In this document: piece by piece, positions 21,762 through 32,733 of the stretch | How the letters are laid out: the number at the start of each line of letters is the position of its first letter | Position numbering within the stretch: the first letter of the stretch is position 1 | Notes under the pieces: generated by a model | Told to the model about the DNA's origin: nothing | Database searches by the model: none | Seen by the model: the letters and a program-made list of their open reading frames with translations, nothing else | NCBI GenBank assembly: GCA_900291995.1 | Contig: OLMU01000948.1 | Location: forward strand, 1-41,272 | Direction: 5' to 3' | DNA from: Licmophora abbreviata | Lineage: Eukaryota | Length of the DNA stretch: 41,272 nucleotides | Position numbers and translations under genes: made by a program

Positions 21762-23992
21762 CTAGTCGTCCTTATCGTCTTGCGGTTCCAACGATGGATA
21801 CACTTCGTACGTTGCCACAACAGTCACTCCCACAAGTATTCCCAGAGATATAAACATGTGATTCAGCAACTTTCCGATACCGCTCAAGCCGCACCAAGTT
21901 ATGAACACATCGCCTGTCGCCCGTCCAAGGGTACCTGCTTCAGTGGATAACAGGCCCACATTGAAAAGACCCTTCGCCCAACTCTTTGGTATCGTCTTGG
22001 ACAACAACGACATATTGGGCCCCTCCACTGCGTTCGCGCCGACAAAGACGACAATCCCAAAGAATATATACTGAGCCAGCGAGTATGAGTCGCATGCCCG
22101 TAGTCCACGATTCCCCACAATCCGACAAGCAACAAGATCAGAGTGTATATGATGAGCTCACGGTCTTCGTATATCCTACTGTAGTAGGCAACCAATAGAT
22201 TGGCAGGGAACATGAGAAGTCCAAGCACAGCCAAGTACAGTCCGGATGCCTGGGGCCCCCAGTTGAAGTAGAACGACGTCAGCGTTGCGGTGGAGCTCAG
22301 TGCACATTCCAATGCAAGCTTGATGACAAAGTAGACCAAAAGCGTTGCGATCACGGGAATATTCTGCCAGAGGGGTCGCGACACGCGTTCAATTTGCTCC
22401 TGCCTACCACCGGTCGACAACAAGCCCATGCTTTCTCCGGTTAGTTCAATATCGGCAGTCTCCGTTCTAGATTCCATCAATTCATCGTGTTTGGGCGGAT
22501 CTTGAAAGAAAACTACCAATGCGAAAAGGTATACAAGCCAGACCATAGACATGATCCATCCAGAGGCGTTTTCGGCACTCCAGTATGTGCTGCCTGATGG
22601 TGACAAGTCGAGCAATGCAGCCATCGCCGGTCCTGCGCTCATGCCGAGTGCACCGGCCGTCACGAATGCCGCTGACGCTGCCGTACGGTCCTGCCTCGAG
22701 AATGAATCAGCAATGTATCGACGGTTGATCGATCGGGCGCTACCGAACCCATTCAGGAGCCGACCGATTGTGACCAACGTGAGGCTGCGATACGGAAGGC
22801 CGAGTGCATAGAGAATGTTTCCAATAACGGAACAAGCCGATGCGAAGACCAATGCCGCCTTATAGGAGCGACTCGTCCACCAGCTATATAGTATTGTAGA
22901 CACTAGTGCGGCAATCGGGGTCATGCCAATAATGATGCCGGACAATGCTTCGTGACCGCCCAGTTTGGCGGCGTACGCTCCACTTGTGGGAGCGACGATA
23001 TAGTAGTTCGTCATGTACAAGAACGTACTCAGGAGATTCAACAAGCTGGAAATGGATGATACTTCCGGACGACAATAAGGCAGAATCTCCGATAAATCAT
23101 CCTCACTAGTACTTTGGTCCATCATGGCGGAAGCCGCCAGCAAGCTGACGAAACCGGAAGATTCGCGCAGGCGTCGTCGAGCCGCATCAATCTTGAATAG
23201 CACGGACTCTGCAAGTGCACTCACGTTTTCGTCCCAATATTCTGGACCTTCTGTGCTCGCTTTTCGGCTCCGACTGGGCCCTGGTGTAAGTCTAACTGGC
23301 TCAAGTGACGACGGGCCGACCAAGTTTGGTTCCGTCATTGTCCGACGATGTCGATTGACGCCGGCTGCGTCTTTCGGGACGCTGTTGAACAAGATGTGTT
23401 CAATTACCTTCAGTTCCAAGAAAGCCTCCTGTAGTGATGCGACAAGGGCACCAACACCTTCATAATGGAAAAGCTGTCTCAGATGCGAGTCCTCAGTATT
23501 GTGAAAGTGATCCGACAGATATCGATCCAATAGCTTGTTTCCTTTGAAGCGTTTGTCATGTTTCTTGAGGATCTTTCGCAAACCTGTTACTGTCAGCTCG
23601 ACAAAACGAACCAGATGGACGATAGTCTCTCCGACATCCTTGTAGGAGTGCGCCAGCTCCTGTAGCCGCCTTCGAACTGCCGCTTGCTGGGCGTCATTGC
23701 TTCTGTTCCCAACAACATCCTGTGCATCCATTGCGCACCTACGTTCGTCATCTCGCAAGACCGAGAGCGTCTTGGCAATATGTCCTTGTATTTGTAGAAA
23801 GAACAAGACTGATTTTTCAATTTCTTGGTTCAGTTGCCTCTCAAACTCACGTTCCCGGCGCGCAGCAGGTAGCTTGGCCGTAATGCTACCGTCTGTGTTT
23901 TCGAGAACTCTTTTTAGTCGGCCGTAATCTAGATAGGAGGACTGCCATGGCTCATGCTGAAGCGCCAAGAGACGCTTTCCGAACTGTACCAT
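21762..23992 (-). CDS. SPX-MFS protein, tandem copy 2, with an apparent 1-nt frameshift at ~22097-22099 (sequencing error or pseudogenising lesion)
   Basis: MVQFGKRL..YLDYGRLKR..TGLRKILKKHDK. Homology to copy 1 switches from ORF 21899..23992 to ORF 21762..22118 at DYG/ACDSYS. Confidence 0.85.
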
Positions 23993-24370
23993 AGCGCAAG
24001 AGGGAGTACTTGGTGAGCGCTGCCGTGAATGATCTCAATCAATGTGCCCTGCCGCAGGTTTCCCGTGGAGGAAACAATGAGCCTTAACGAAAAAGGGCGG
24101 TCGTGTGTGGTCGTCATCAGTGTGGTCTAGCAGTCCTTGCTCCTTGAATCGAATCAATCCCTTGCACTCTGTTACGCCGCCACCCACCACTGCCACGCGT
24201 GAAGATGAAAGAATCTTGAACGAATCTTCAATAGTCACGAGTACCGCGTCACCACGAGTCTTGGATATGAGATGGATTAGGCCCATAACCCTCTTCACAG
24301 CCGCACAAATGACAAAAATGAAAAGAACAAATTCATCAGAATCTTTGCCTGTATCCCTCCCACAAAGACA

Positions 24371-26806
24371 ATGACGACGGCTGACGCAACAAGGAACCAG
24401 GAACAGAGCTCTCGCCATTTTGACGAGGGATCTCAACCTTATGACGACACAGATCATGACCCGCTACTGCGGTTCCTTCCAGACACGTCACCCCTGGCGC
24501 ATGTAAGGCATGCCCTCCATTCGGATGGGTACTGCATCTTGAAGTCGGTTCTGACTTCCGATGAATGTGATCACGCCATTGACTCCATCTGGAACTTTGT
24601 GGAGGACACAAGCAGTGGAGCTGTCTGTCGTTCAGATCCGTCCTCTTGGTATCCGCAGTATGAACAGACGCGCGAGTCGGCCGCGGACGAAGATCCCTGG
24701 CCGCACACTGGCTACAAATCCTTTCCCGATATGTTTCAGTCGAATGGAGCGGGATGGGTGCTGGGCTCTGCCAGAGAAGCATTGGCGGAACGTGTATTTG
24801 AACCCCTGTATCAAACCAAAAAGTTACATTCGTCCAAGGAGGGATTCACATTTCATCGACCTACTCTCAATGCCCCGGAACAGTGGACTCGACACGTTCA
24901 GTCCTCCGAGAGGCACATAGTCTGCGGTCAGCGACAGAAAAGGTGCGTCGGGGAACATTATGATCAATCCCATTCCTCTCGTGGTCTGCATACTATTCAG
25001 TCGCTCGTGTCGTTGGAGAATCAAGAGGAGGGCGTGGATGGATGCTTTCTCTGCTACCCTCGCTCGCACGGTGTTGTTCACCAAGCTCTCACTAAGAATA
25101 TCTACCGAGGAAAGTTTGCGTGGGTACCGCTGACCGATGCTGACATAGGGCGTCTACAGAACGACTTTAGACTACAGCCACAAAGAATATACCTGAGCAA
25201 GGGAGATTTGCTGTTGTGGCGGTCCGACCTGGTACACGCGGCACTTTCGCCTTGCGGCTTGACGGAGCGCTTTCGTGCCGTGGCTTACACAAGCATGCTG
25301 CCGGCTCACTTGACTCCTAATGCCTTGTACACCGAGAAAATAAAGGCCTATAAGCAACGACGGACGGGTGACCACCGTCCGAATATGGAGAGCTGGCATA
25401 CACACCGTCAACTGAACCCCTATCACCGCCCAGCGTTTCGGACTAGCCCACCGCTTGTGACTCGTCGACTGGCGGAATTATACGGTTTGATGCCGTACGT
25501 CGAGACGGACAAGGAATTCTCACTGGAAGAGAACCGAGCGACAGTTCGCGGTGTGCGGTTTCTGCCCTCGACTATGCCGACTCAGCCATCAGTGAGAGCC
25601 TGTCCTGCCCGTCTGGAGTTCATTTCGGCAAAGACTGACTGTTCTGACTTTCTGGCTGGACAAGACAAGTATATGGGCGGGATGCCATCGCCATGTGGCC
25701 GTTTTATTTACGGAGTTCCCGGCACTGCACGCCGTGTCATGCGCATCTTTACACAAACAAATGAGATGGACTTCATCGGTCCGGAGTTTCCGGGCAAGTT
25801 CAAGTGGCTTCGTGGTGTCGAACTTCCTCCAGATGTCATGGGGCCTGAAGCATATCCGAGAGGATGCTGTTTGGCTCTTCCCAGTAATGCATGTCATGTG
25901 CTTATGGTGGATCCCGAGACGAGCATAGTGACTGCATTCGGCGAGAGCGTTGTGCGTAGCTCGGGTAACAGCGGTTGGTACTACCACGGAGGCGCGATCG
26001 GCTGCAACGGAATGGTGTACGCCATTCCCGCAAACGCGGATCGTGTGTTGAAAGTAGATCCGAGAACAAAAGACTGTTGGTTGATTGGTCCTCATTTTCC
26101 AGGTGGTCAAAAGTGGTTTGGGGGCATTGTAGGAAGCGACAATTGCATCTACGGCATTCCTCACAATGCGAGGGGGGTCCTCAAGATTGATCCGAGAACA
26201 GACGAATGTACCGTTATGTTCCGATCTGACGACAACCCTCTCCCTGCAGGCAAGTGGAAGTACCATGGTGGCTTAGCTGCGGGCAACAAGATTTATGGGT
26301 ACCCGAACAATGCCGACGACGTTCTAGTCGTCGACGTCAAAGAGAACCGTGTCTATACTGTTGGAGATAAGTCAATCCTCCAGAGCGGCCGTCATCGGAT
26401 CCCTCAGGATGGCCGCTACAAGTACCTTGGGGGAGCTCTATCTGTAGATCTGAGGTCTTTGTACCTGTTTCCATGTGATGCAGAGCGCGTTCTAAAAATC
26501 AACACAAATACAGACGAGCTTGAGCTCATTGGTCCGCTCCTCCTCGACGGAGAGAATAAGTACCAGAATGGTTTTGTCGCACGCGACGGGTGTATCTACG
26601 CTATCCCACAGAGAGCGACGGGGATACTCTGTATTGATCCCAGCAAAAGCGACCATGTTGACGTTCTTTCCTGTGGGGAAGACATGATCGGCACAAAAGA
26701 TAAGTTCGAAGGAGGAGTAATCTCGACTGACGGCTCTTCGATTTTCTGTATTCCTCTTCGAGCTCGAAGCTGTGTAAAGATCATAACAGAAAACCCTGGT
26801 GTATAG
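24371..26806 (+). CDS. PhyH-like 2OG/Fe(II) dioxygenase fused to C-terminal beta-propeller-like repeats
   Basis: 811-aa ORF with DGYCILKSVL, HYDQ..IQSLV, GDLLLWRSDLVH and R-AVAY. Repeats of the form W/YxGG..IYxIPxxAxRVLK[V/I]DP follow. Confidence 0.78.
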   Translation: MTTADATRNQEQSSRHFDEGSQPYDDTDHDPLLRFLPDTSPLAHVRHALHSDGYCILKSVLTSDECDHAIDSIWNFVEDTSSGAVCRSDPSSWYPQYEQTRESAADEDPWPHTGYKSFPDMFQSNGAGWVLGSAREALAERVFEPLYQTKKLHSSKEGFTFHRPTLNAPEQWTRHVQSSERHIVCGQRQKRCVGEHYDQSHSSRGLHTIQSLVSLENQEEGVDGCFLCYPRSHGVVHQALTKNIYRGKFAWVPLTDADIGRLQNDFRLQPQRIYLSKGDLLLWRSDLVHAALSPCGLTERFRAVAYTSMLPAHLTPNALYTEKIKAYKQRRTGDHRPNMESWHTHRQLNPYHRPAFRTSPPLVTRRLAELYGLMPYVETDKEFSLEENRATVRGVRFLPSTMPTQPSVRACPARLEFISAKTDCSDFLAGQDKYMGGMPSPCGRFIYGVPGTARRVMRIFTQTNEMDFIGPEFPGKFKWLRGVELPPDVMGPEAYPRGCCLALPSNACHVLMVDPETSIVTAFGESVVRSSGNSGWYYHGGAIGCNGMVYAIPANADRVLKVDPRTKDCWLIGPHFPGGQKWFGGIVGSDNCIYGIPHNARGVLKIDPRTDECTVMFRSDDNPLPAGKWKYHGGLAAGNKIYGYPNNADDVLVVDVKENRVYTVGDKSILQSGRHRIPQDGRYKYLGGALSVDLRSLYLFPCDAERVLKINTNTDELELIGPLLLDGENKYQNGFVARDGCIYAIPQRATGILCIDPSKSDHVDVLSCGEDMIGTKDKFEGGVISTDGSSIFCIPLRARSCVKIITENPGV

Positions 26807-27388
26807 CCTGGTTTGTGTTGGCTTTAATAGTCGAGAGGACCCCAGGAGGAGTGTGCGAGCAGTGACGACTGCCCTGTCGTCGATGAGACAACTGAGCCTG
26901 ATTTTCTGCATACCAGCGATCGCAAACGAGCGGCGGTCCTTTCAAGACACAATAACACTAAATTTAAGTTCGTCGTGGCTAAAAGCTAGAAATTGGTTCG
27001 CTTAGTCTACGGCTTGATACGCCGCGACTATATATATCGTTTCTCGATGCTGGGTGCTCGTCGAGTATCATACCCTACAGTACTTGAGAGAGCCAGGTGG
27101 GAGCTCACGAGAAGACTCCCACCTTCAGTGTATCGAGCAATTCAGGTTATGTACGGTACTGTAGTCTAGCACAAGTACTCAGGGATCAAATATAAGTCGA
27201 TCGACGAGGTTGTACTCATAGACAATAATACTTCTTGTTGAGGGTACCTGGTAGCAAGACAGTGAGTTGTGCGCGGCGTCGGAAGATTGCGCGCCGTACA
27301 AAATCGCGTAGGTCGACGAGCTCACAATTATTCACGTAACGCTACACAACACAGTCAAGTACCGTTAGTGAAAAGAGCCACAGTGACC

Positions 27389-27824
27389 ATGTCGAGCGGT
27401 TGGGGACTTCGTGGCGGCATTGGACGGTGTTTTCCGTTCTGGGCCAAGTACAAGGAGTGCTTGGTGAGTATTAAAGTACGGATTGGAAGAACAGAAAGTA
27501 TTAGAATGAAAATCATGAGGAACGAACGATCGTTTGTTCGGGGGGTGTCGGCACAGTGAAGCGATGGCAGCAGCAGTGTCGGGCGTCGCACTGGGCCTTT
27601 TTCTGTTTTTACTTGTCGTTATCCCATTACTGATTATTTCTGTTTCTCGTGCCGATCAACAGCAAAACAGGGAGACCAGTCCGGATGGTCTCGTTTGCTT
27701 TCACTCTCGGGAGGACTACTTTGAGTGCCTTCACAGCCGGAAGGAACACGAAGTGGTCAGGAGGGTTAACGAACAGCAGAAGATCAACGAGCGTGGAGGA
27801 GACGAGGTCGGCGACGGCCATTGA
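27389..27824 (+). CDS. NDUFS5: Mitochondrial complex I 15-kDa subunit (NDUFS5-like); 2 exons (27389-27463, 27663-27824), ~78 aa
   Basis: MSSGWGLRGGIGRCFPFWAKYKECL|QNRETSPDGLVCFHSREDYFECLH, a twin CX9C pattern. Phase-0 GTGAGT...CAG intron. Confidence 0.88.
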
Positions 27825-28057
27825 TTGCTATCGTGGAATTGTCTGTTGCGCTCGAGAACAATTGCAGACGATTGCACGCGGCGATTCAGCCACCTCTACC
27901 GATGTTTAGTATTAGCGGCTAAACGATGATGTACGCGCATGTCACATGCAGAAGTAGTACCTCCTTGTGACTTGTCTTGAGCCATTTGTGTAGACACGCT
28001 TCAATTGGTCAACTTGTATCACAAGTCGCCGTCGAGGCCTTTCGGCGGATGGGTCGC

Positions 28058-29489
28058 TCAGACCTTCTCCTGCTCGTTCGCAATAGCCATACGCAGCGTG
28101 TCGTAGCTCTCGCACCCAGTAATCGGCAATACGACCTCCTCCCACTTGGCTACTATCTTCGATTGCAAATTTTTTGACAGTTTCCGTTTACCCAATCCAC
28201 TTTGCCCGCGATGTACTTTGCCCTTCTTTTGACCTGCACTCGTCGGTAGACCACAGGCGCCATTTCGTGCCAACTTGCTGAGCCTCTCGTCGAAATGCGA
28301 CTTGTGCGCGGACATGAATTCAAACGACGATCGATGTACAGTGCCTAGCACTATCTCCTCCGTTGTAAAATCATGCTGTGACAAAAGATGGGACGGAATC
28401 GTGTGGTGGCGTGAGTCATCCGTTGACAACAACATGAATTGTCAGCAAAAATATTCGATGTTCGACACTGACCTTGGCAGTGCTAATGAATTCTGCTATC
28501 CGACGAACTTCCCGCTCTAGATTCTCCTTCAGCTCTTCATAAAACAGCAGGAGTACTTCTGAATCATTGCGTCTTTGGAACCACGACACTAAGTGGACAA
28601 AGTAGGAAGCGTTGTTCATGCGCGAAGTGGGAACACCCCGAGCGAGCCAAAACTCGTCGGCAAACTCGTCCATGCCGACTGAATCTCCTTCGAAGAACCA
28701 GTCTTGAAAAAAGTCATAAAAGGAAGTCAACACATCCATCGGATCACGCAATACAACAATCACCTTGCATCCAGATGGACAATGTTGTTGCCAGGCGTGC
28801 GTCTTGAACAATCGAGGTAGACCTTCTGACTCGCCGAACTGTTCTTCATACAAGTCCTGTCCCTGGTCATGGGCCAGCTCTAGCCAAGGAACAACCTAAC
28901 AGAAGTGGATCGTTGGCATCATGGATCGTCAGCAGATCGCAGTCTGTGTTGATGATGCGATGATACGCTTCGAGTGACATGATTCTCGATCGATGGTACC
29001 TGCTAGCAGCTATTTCCACTCACCTCGCTAATTTCCTGAAATGACATATCTCCTCCCTTCGACCCAGACCGCAGCTGATGGCATATCTGGTCGAGTCGAG
29101 GAGGCGAGATCGTTAGATAAAGCTCGGAATAAGCGGTCCTCAGTCCCCCTACTGTGAAATCGTTTGTCGGACCACAACACACTCTGGCGAAACAAGTCGA
29201 GCTTCTCATCGTACCTGTTGAACCCACGTCGTTCCTGATGTGATAAGCCATTATAGCAAAGACGGAATGAGCCTACGCTCTTTCATGAAGGCATATCCAG
29301 CCCATGCGAATCGAATCGTCATGTCTACTTACCCGCTTTCGGTGTCGTCGTGATGATGACTTCATCTGAGCTCTTCGGCTCGTACGAAAGACCTGCCAAT
29401 CTTCCTTTTTCCGTCTCAAACTTGGAAAGTCTCGTTTTGAGCAGTGTCATGGCCTCCGACGAGGACTTGGTCGACTCTTCGAACGGCAT
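28058..29489 (-). CDS. PAPS-dependent sulfotransferase (Sulfotransfer_1-like); 5 exons (29489-29333, 29234-29215, 29086-29024, 28895-28473, 28375-28058), ~326 aa
   Basis: Spliced 5'-PSB motif TTPKAGTTWVQQI, then VPWLE, PRLFKTH, 3'-PB motif VLRDPMDVLTSFY, YEELK and KVHRG. Confidence 0.85.
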
Positions 29490-29819
29490 ACTAGGGAAAA
29501 ATCGACAATCGACGGCTGTTTGTCATCCTTTGCCCATGGGCCATGGTGAATGCTGATGTGCAACAACTTCGAAACGTCGCAACATCGAAACTTGCACCGT
29601 CATAATTACATCGCACATTGCGTTCATCGAATCAATCTCGACTAGCTCGACTCACTCTTGACTGATGACTGACTCACTCTCCATTCCCGAGTGACGTCAG
29701 TCAAGTTCGCACAAGGCACATAACCCATTCTGAGGAAGACTGTGTGCCACCGCACATCACGCCCCTTTCCCCACCCACCCTCTAGCACACAGTCTCAAAG
29801 CACGCCCATCACGCCCATC

Positions 29820-30473
29820 ATGAAGTCGATCCTGTCCGTCCTTATTTTGGCGCTCCTGGTCTCGTCCACCGCCGCCTTTGGTGGATACACACCTGTCTTT
29901 GCTTCTCCCAAAGCTGTAAGTTGACGGAAGGAATAAAATCGATAGAAACGAGCGCGAGATAAGATTCCTGTCATGGCGAGTTCTGTTCTCTGTTCTGCAG
30001 TGCCCGCTAGTGCGTACTTCTATATGATACAGAAATTGCGCAGTGGAATACGTATTTTGCTTCCATCTGGAATAGGTCCGCTTTTCGGCACGCCGTGTAT
30101 GATAACGCCACACCGGCATCTCTGAACAAAAATCACTCTGACTCACTTTCCTTCTGATCATTTGCTATTCTTCTCCGTGCGCTAGGCGGTGGCTCCTCCA
30201 CGAAACAATGGCGCGAGTTCCATGGTGATGCGTGCGCGTGTCTGTGATTTGCTGGGAAAGAAGCCCAATCGCCAAGCTCGTGTCGTGACGTTTTCCCATC
30301 GCCGGATCAAGAAGGTCCAACAGGTCAATCTTCAATGGAAGCGATACTTCTCTGATGAACTGGGGCGCACTGTGCGACTTCGTTTGTCGACAAAGGGAAT
30401 CAAGACGGTTAACAAGTATGGAAGTATCGATGCTGCGGCGCGAAAGTTCGAAGTGAATCTTGCTCGGTTCTAA
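29820..30473 (+). CDS. rpl28: Nucleus-encoded plastid ribosomal protein bL28; 2 exons (29820-29915, 30186-30473)
   Basis: Signal peptide ending STAA|FG (ASAFAP-like) plus a transit peptide. Mature part ARVCDLLGK..FSHRRIKKVQQVNLQWKR..RLSTKGIKT. Confidence 0.88.
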
Positions 30474-31406
30474 ATTCTTAGCCTGCGGTGCGGGCGGGTG
30501 GATGAAGGCGTCATGCTGGATATCGATGGCATTAGCTGAAAGAGCTTTCGAACATCAAACTAGGACAGTAAGAAAGACTGATTTGAGATGAGAATTGTTT
30601 GACTTTTGAGAGTTGGCTCGTCCCGTACCCGTATGTCGTATGAGTCGCAGTATGGTGTCGGTGCGAAAGAGTATTCGGAACCTTGTGGTGCTGTGTAACT
30701 ACGGGGAGCACTGAGCTGCGCGCAGCAGAATCCATGTCGTTATTTCGTGCATCGTCGGGTGTTGCAACGGGATGATGTCCTTTATCAGATGACTGCGGAA
30801 CACTCCTCCTAGAGACTGTCTCACTCGTCACTGGCCGGTTCGAGCGTCTCCACCGACTTGGTTTGCACACGCCATGAGCTGTACGAATATTCTAGCTAGT
30901 TTAGGCTGTGTCTGCATGTTATGCCAAAGGAATGCGACACACCTACTTTTCATCCAATCTCCTTCAAAACGAATGCTCGCGCACTCCCTCTCGCTTCCGC
31001 GCTTCTACCAGTGCAAAGCGGTGCCGTTCTCCTGAACTTCGCTCTATTGACGAGTCCAGGGTTCCTGTCCATCTTCACTCCGCACGAGTATGATACCAGG
31101 TACCTGCCTATCCTGCTTGGTCACTCACGGAGCACCACCGGCCCATCCAATGAGGTCACTTAGTCTACTGAAACAGGCTACCCGGCATGCGGTACGGGGC
31201 TCCCTTTCTTTAGAATATGATATTAAGCCATTTGCATATTTTAAAATAAAAAGGAGCACGAAAGGGCCTTTTGGATCTTTCTCAATTGCTTGCAACAGGA
31301 TTTGGATCCGTTTTCAGCCTGACACGTCGACACGTCTTTGATGATGCCATAATTCCTCCGCCCCCACCTCGATACCTCGAGGCTGCCTCGCTGCACGTTA
31401 ATCATC

Positions 31407-32525
31407 ATGTCTGAGTCTCGCCCCAACCCAACCACTATGGAAGGCATGATCTGGAATTGTAAGCAGTGCGCGATTTGAGAGAGGCTGAAGTTGCGCAAAC
31501 TAGGGTGCGGCCTGACTGCTGACCTCGGTTGGGTTCGCATTGACGAAGCGTTGCTTCCACAGACTTATCTCTCAAGTCTCCTTCTCTGCCTTTCTCGCCT
31601 TCTCTAGCCAATCATGTCCTTGAGCAAGCTTTGAAAAAGGTACATGTCGCCGTGCGCTTGAAAGTGCCGGCAGAGCGTGTGTTATGATGGTCCCGCCTTG
31701 CCGAATAGGGTATTGGTGCAGATACCGCCGCGTTACAATATGAATATTGAACCGGTACGATAGCTTCCCATGATTATACTCAGCCATATCCTCTTTCTCC
31801 TCTTTGTTTTGCAGGGAATCAATGGAATGCCTAAGGGTCTCTTCGAAAAGTCGAAAGGAATCGTGTTTCTCAACACCGTCAAGGTTGGGTTTTTATTCTC
31901 TGGAACAATCGGCAGCGGTATCGCTCTCAAGAAGACCGCGGATGGATGGTCCCCGCCTTGCGCTGTCGGAATCTCAGGATTGGGATTCGGGCTCCTTTTG
32001 GGTGTCTCTGCCAGTGATCTGATTGTCTTCATCTTTGACGACGAAACCTTGAAATCAATCGGGGCAAAGCATGGTGGCACGCTTGGCGCGCAGGTTGAGC
32101 TCACAGTCGGTCCTTTTGGACGCGAAGCCAAACTCATCGACAGCGTCGGTGGGGGCAATCTGGGAGCCAGTTTCGCTATTGCCTACTCCAAGGGAGTCTT
32201 TGGAGGATTCGCCGCTGAAGGTGCCAATATTGGTGTTCGCGAATTTGTCAACAACAAGTTCTACAGCTCCGTCACCACCGGCGAAGACATTCTCTTCAAA
32301 CCCGGCAGTGTCAAGGTGCCTGACCACAAGATGACAATGCTGAACGAGGTGTACGACAAGCTCGACAAGGCTGCAGCAGGCGTTACCGGCGAGCCTGACG
32401 CCGTCGAAGAATCCAAGAAGCAGACTGCCAAGGAAGCTGCCGACAAGGAAGAGGAACAAGTCAAGACGACGCCGGAAGCCGAAGTCGTCGCGGTGGATGC
32501 CGCCGCTGCCGTTGCTACGGAATGA
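31407..32525 (+). CDS. SYLF/Ysc84 lipid/actin-binding domain protein; 3 exons (31407-31458, 31608-31639, 31815-32525)
   Basis: Spliced N-terminus MSESRPNPTTMEGMIWNSNHVLEQALKK|GING. Domain motifs KVGFLFSGTIGSG, WSPPCA, LTVGPFGR, YSKGVFGG. Confidence 0.82.
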
Positions 32526-32733
32526 TACATCCCTTTTTCCATGGCGAGGGGATTCTCTATGACAAGTAGCCGAAAATGAATAATTCCAAAGACATTGTAG
32601 CGCAATCGTTATTGTTATGATTCGTATTCTTGACCGGTGCGAGCAGCTCATTCTGTTTCCCAAAAAAAGCCAAAGATCGGCAATACGGCTGTCTTTCGAT
32701 GTGTACTCGCTACGGCTATAAACGAAACCCAAC

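Noticed and set aside
21899..22096. Alternative C-terminus HATHTRWLSIYSLG... of SPX-MFS copy 2, or a hidden intron there
   Set aside because: Out-of-frame read-through. Alignment to copy 1 needs only one extra base and leaves no room for an intron.
30474..31400. Several short ORFs between rpl28 and the SYLF gene
   Set aside because: Mostly non-ATG starts, no motifs and no consistent splice model. Treated as intergenic/UTR.
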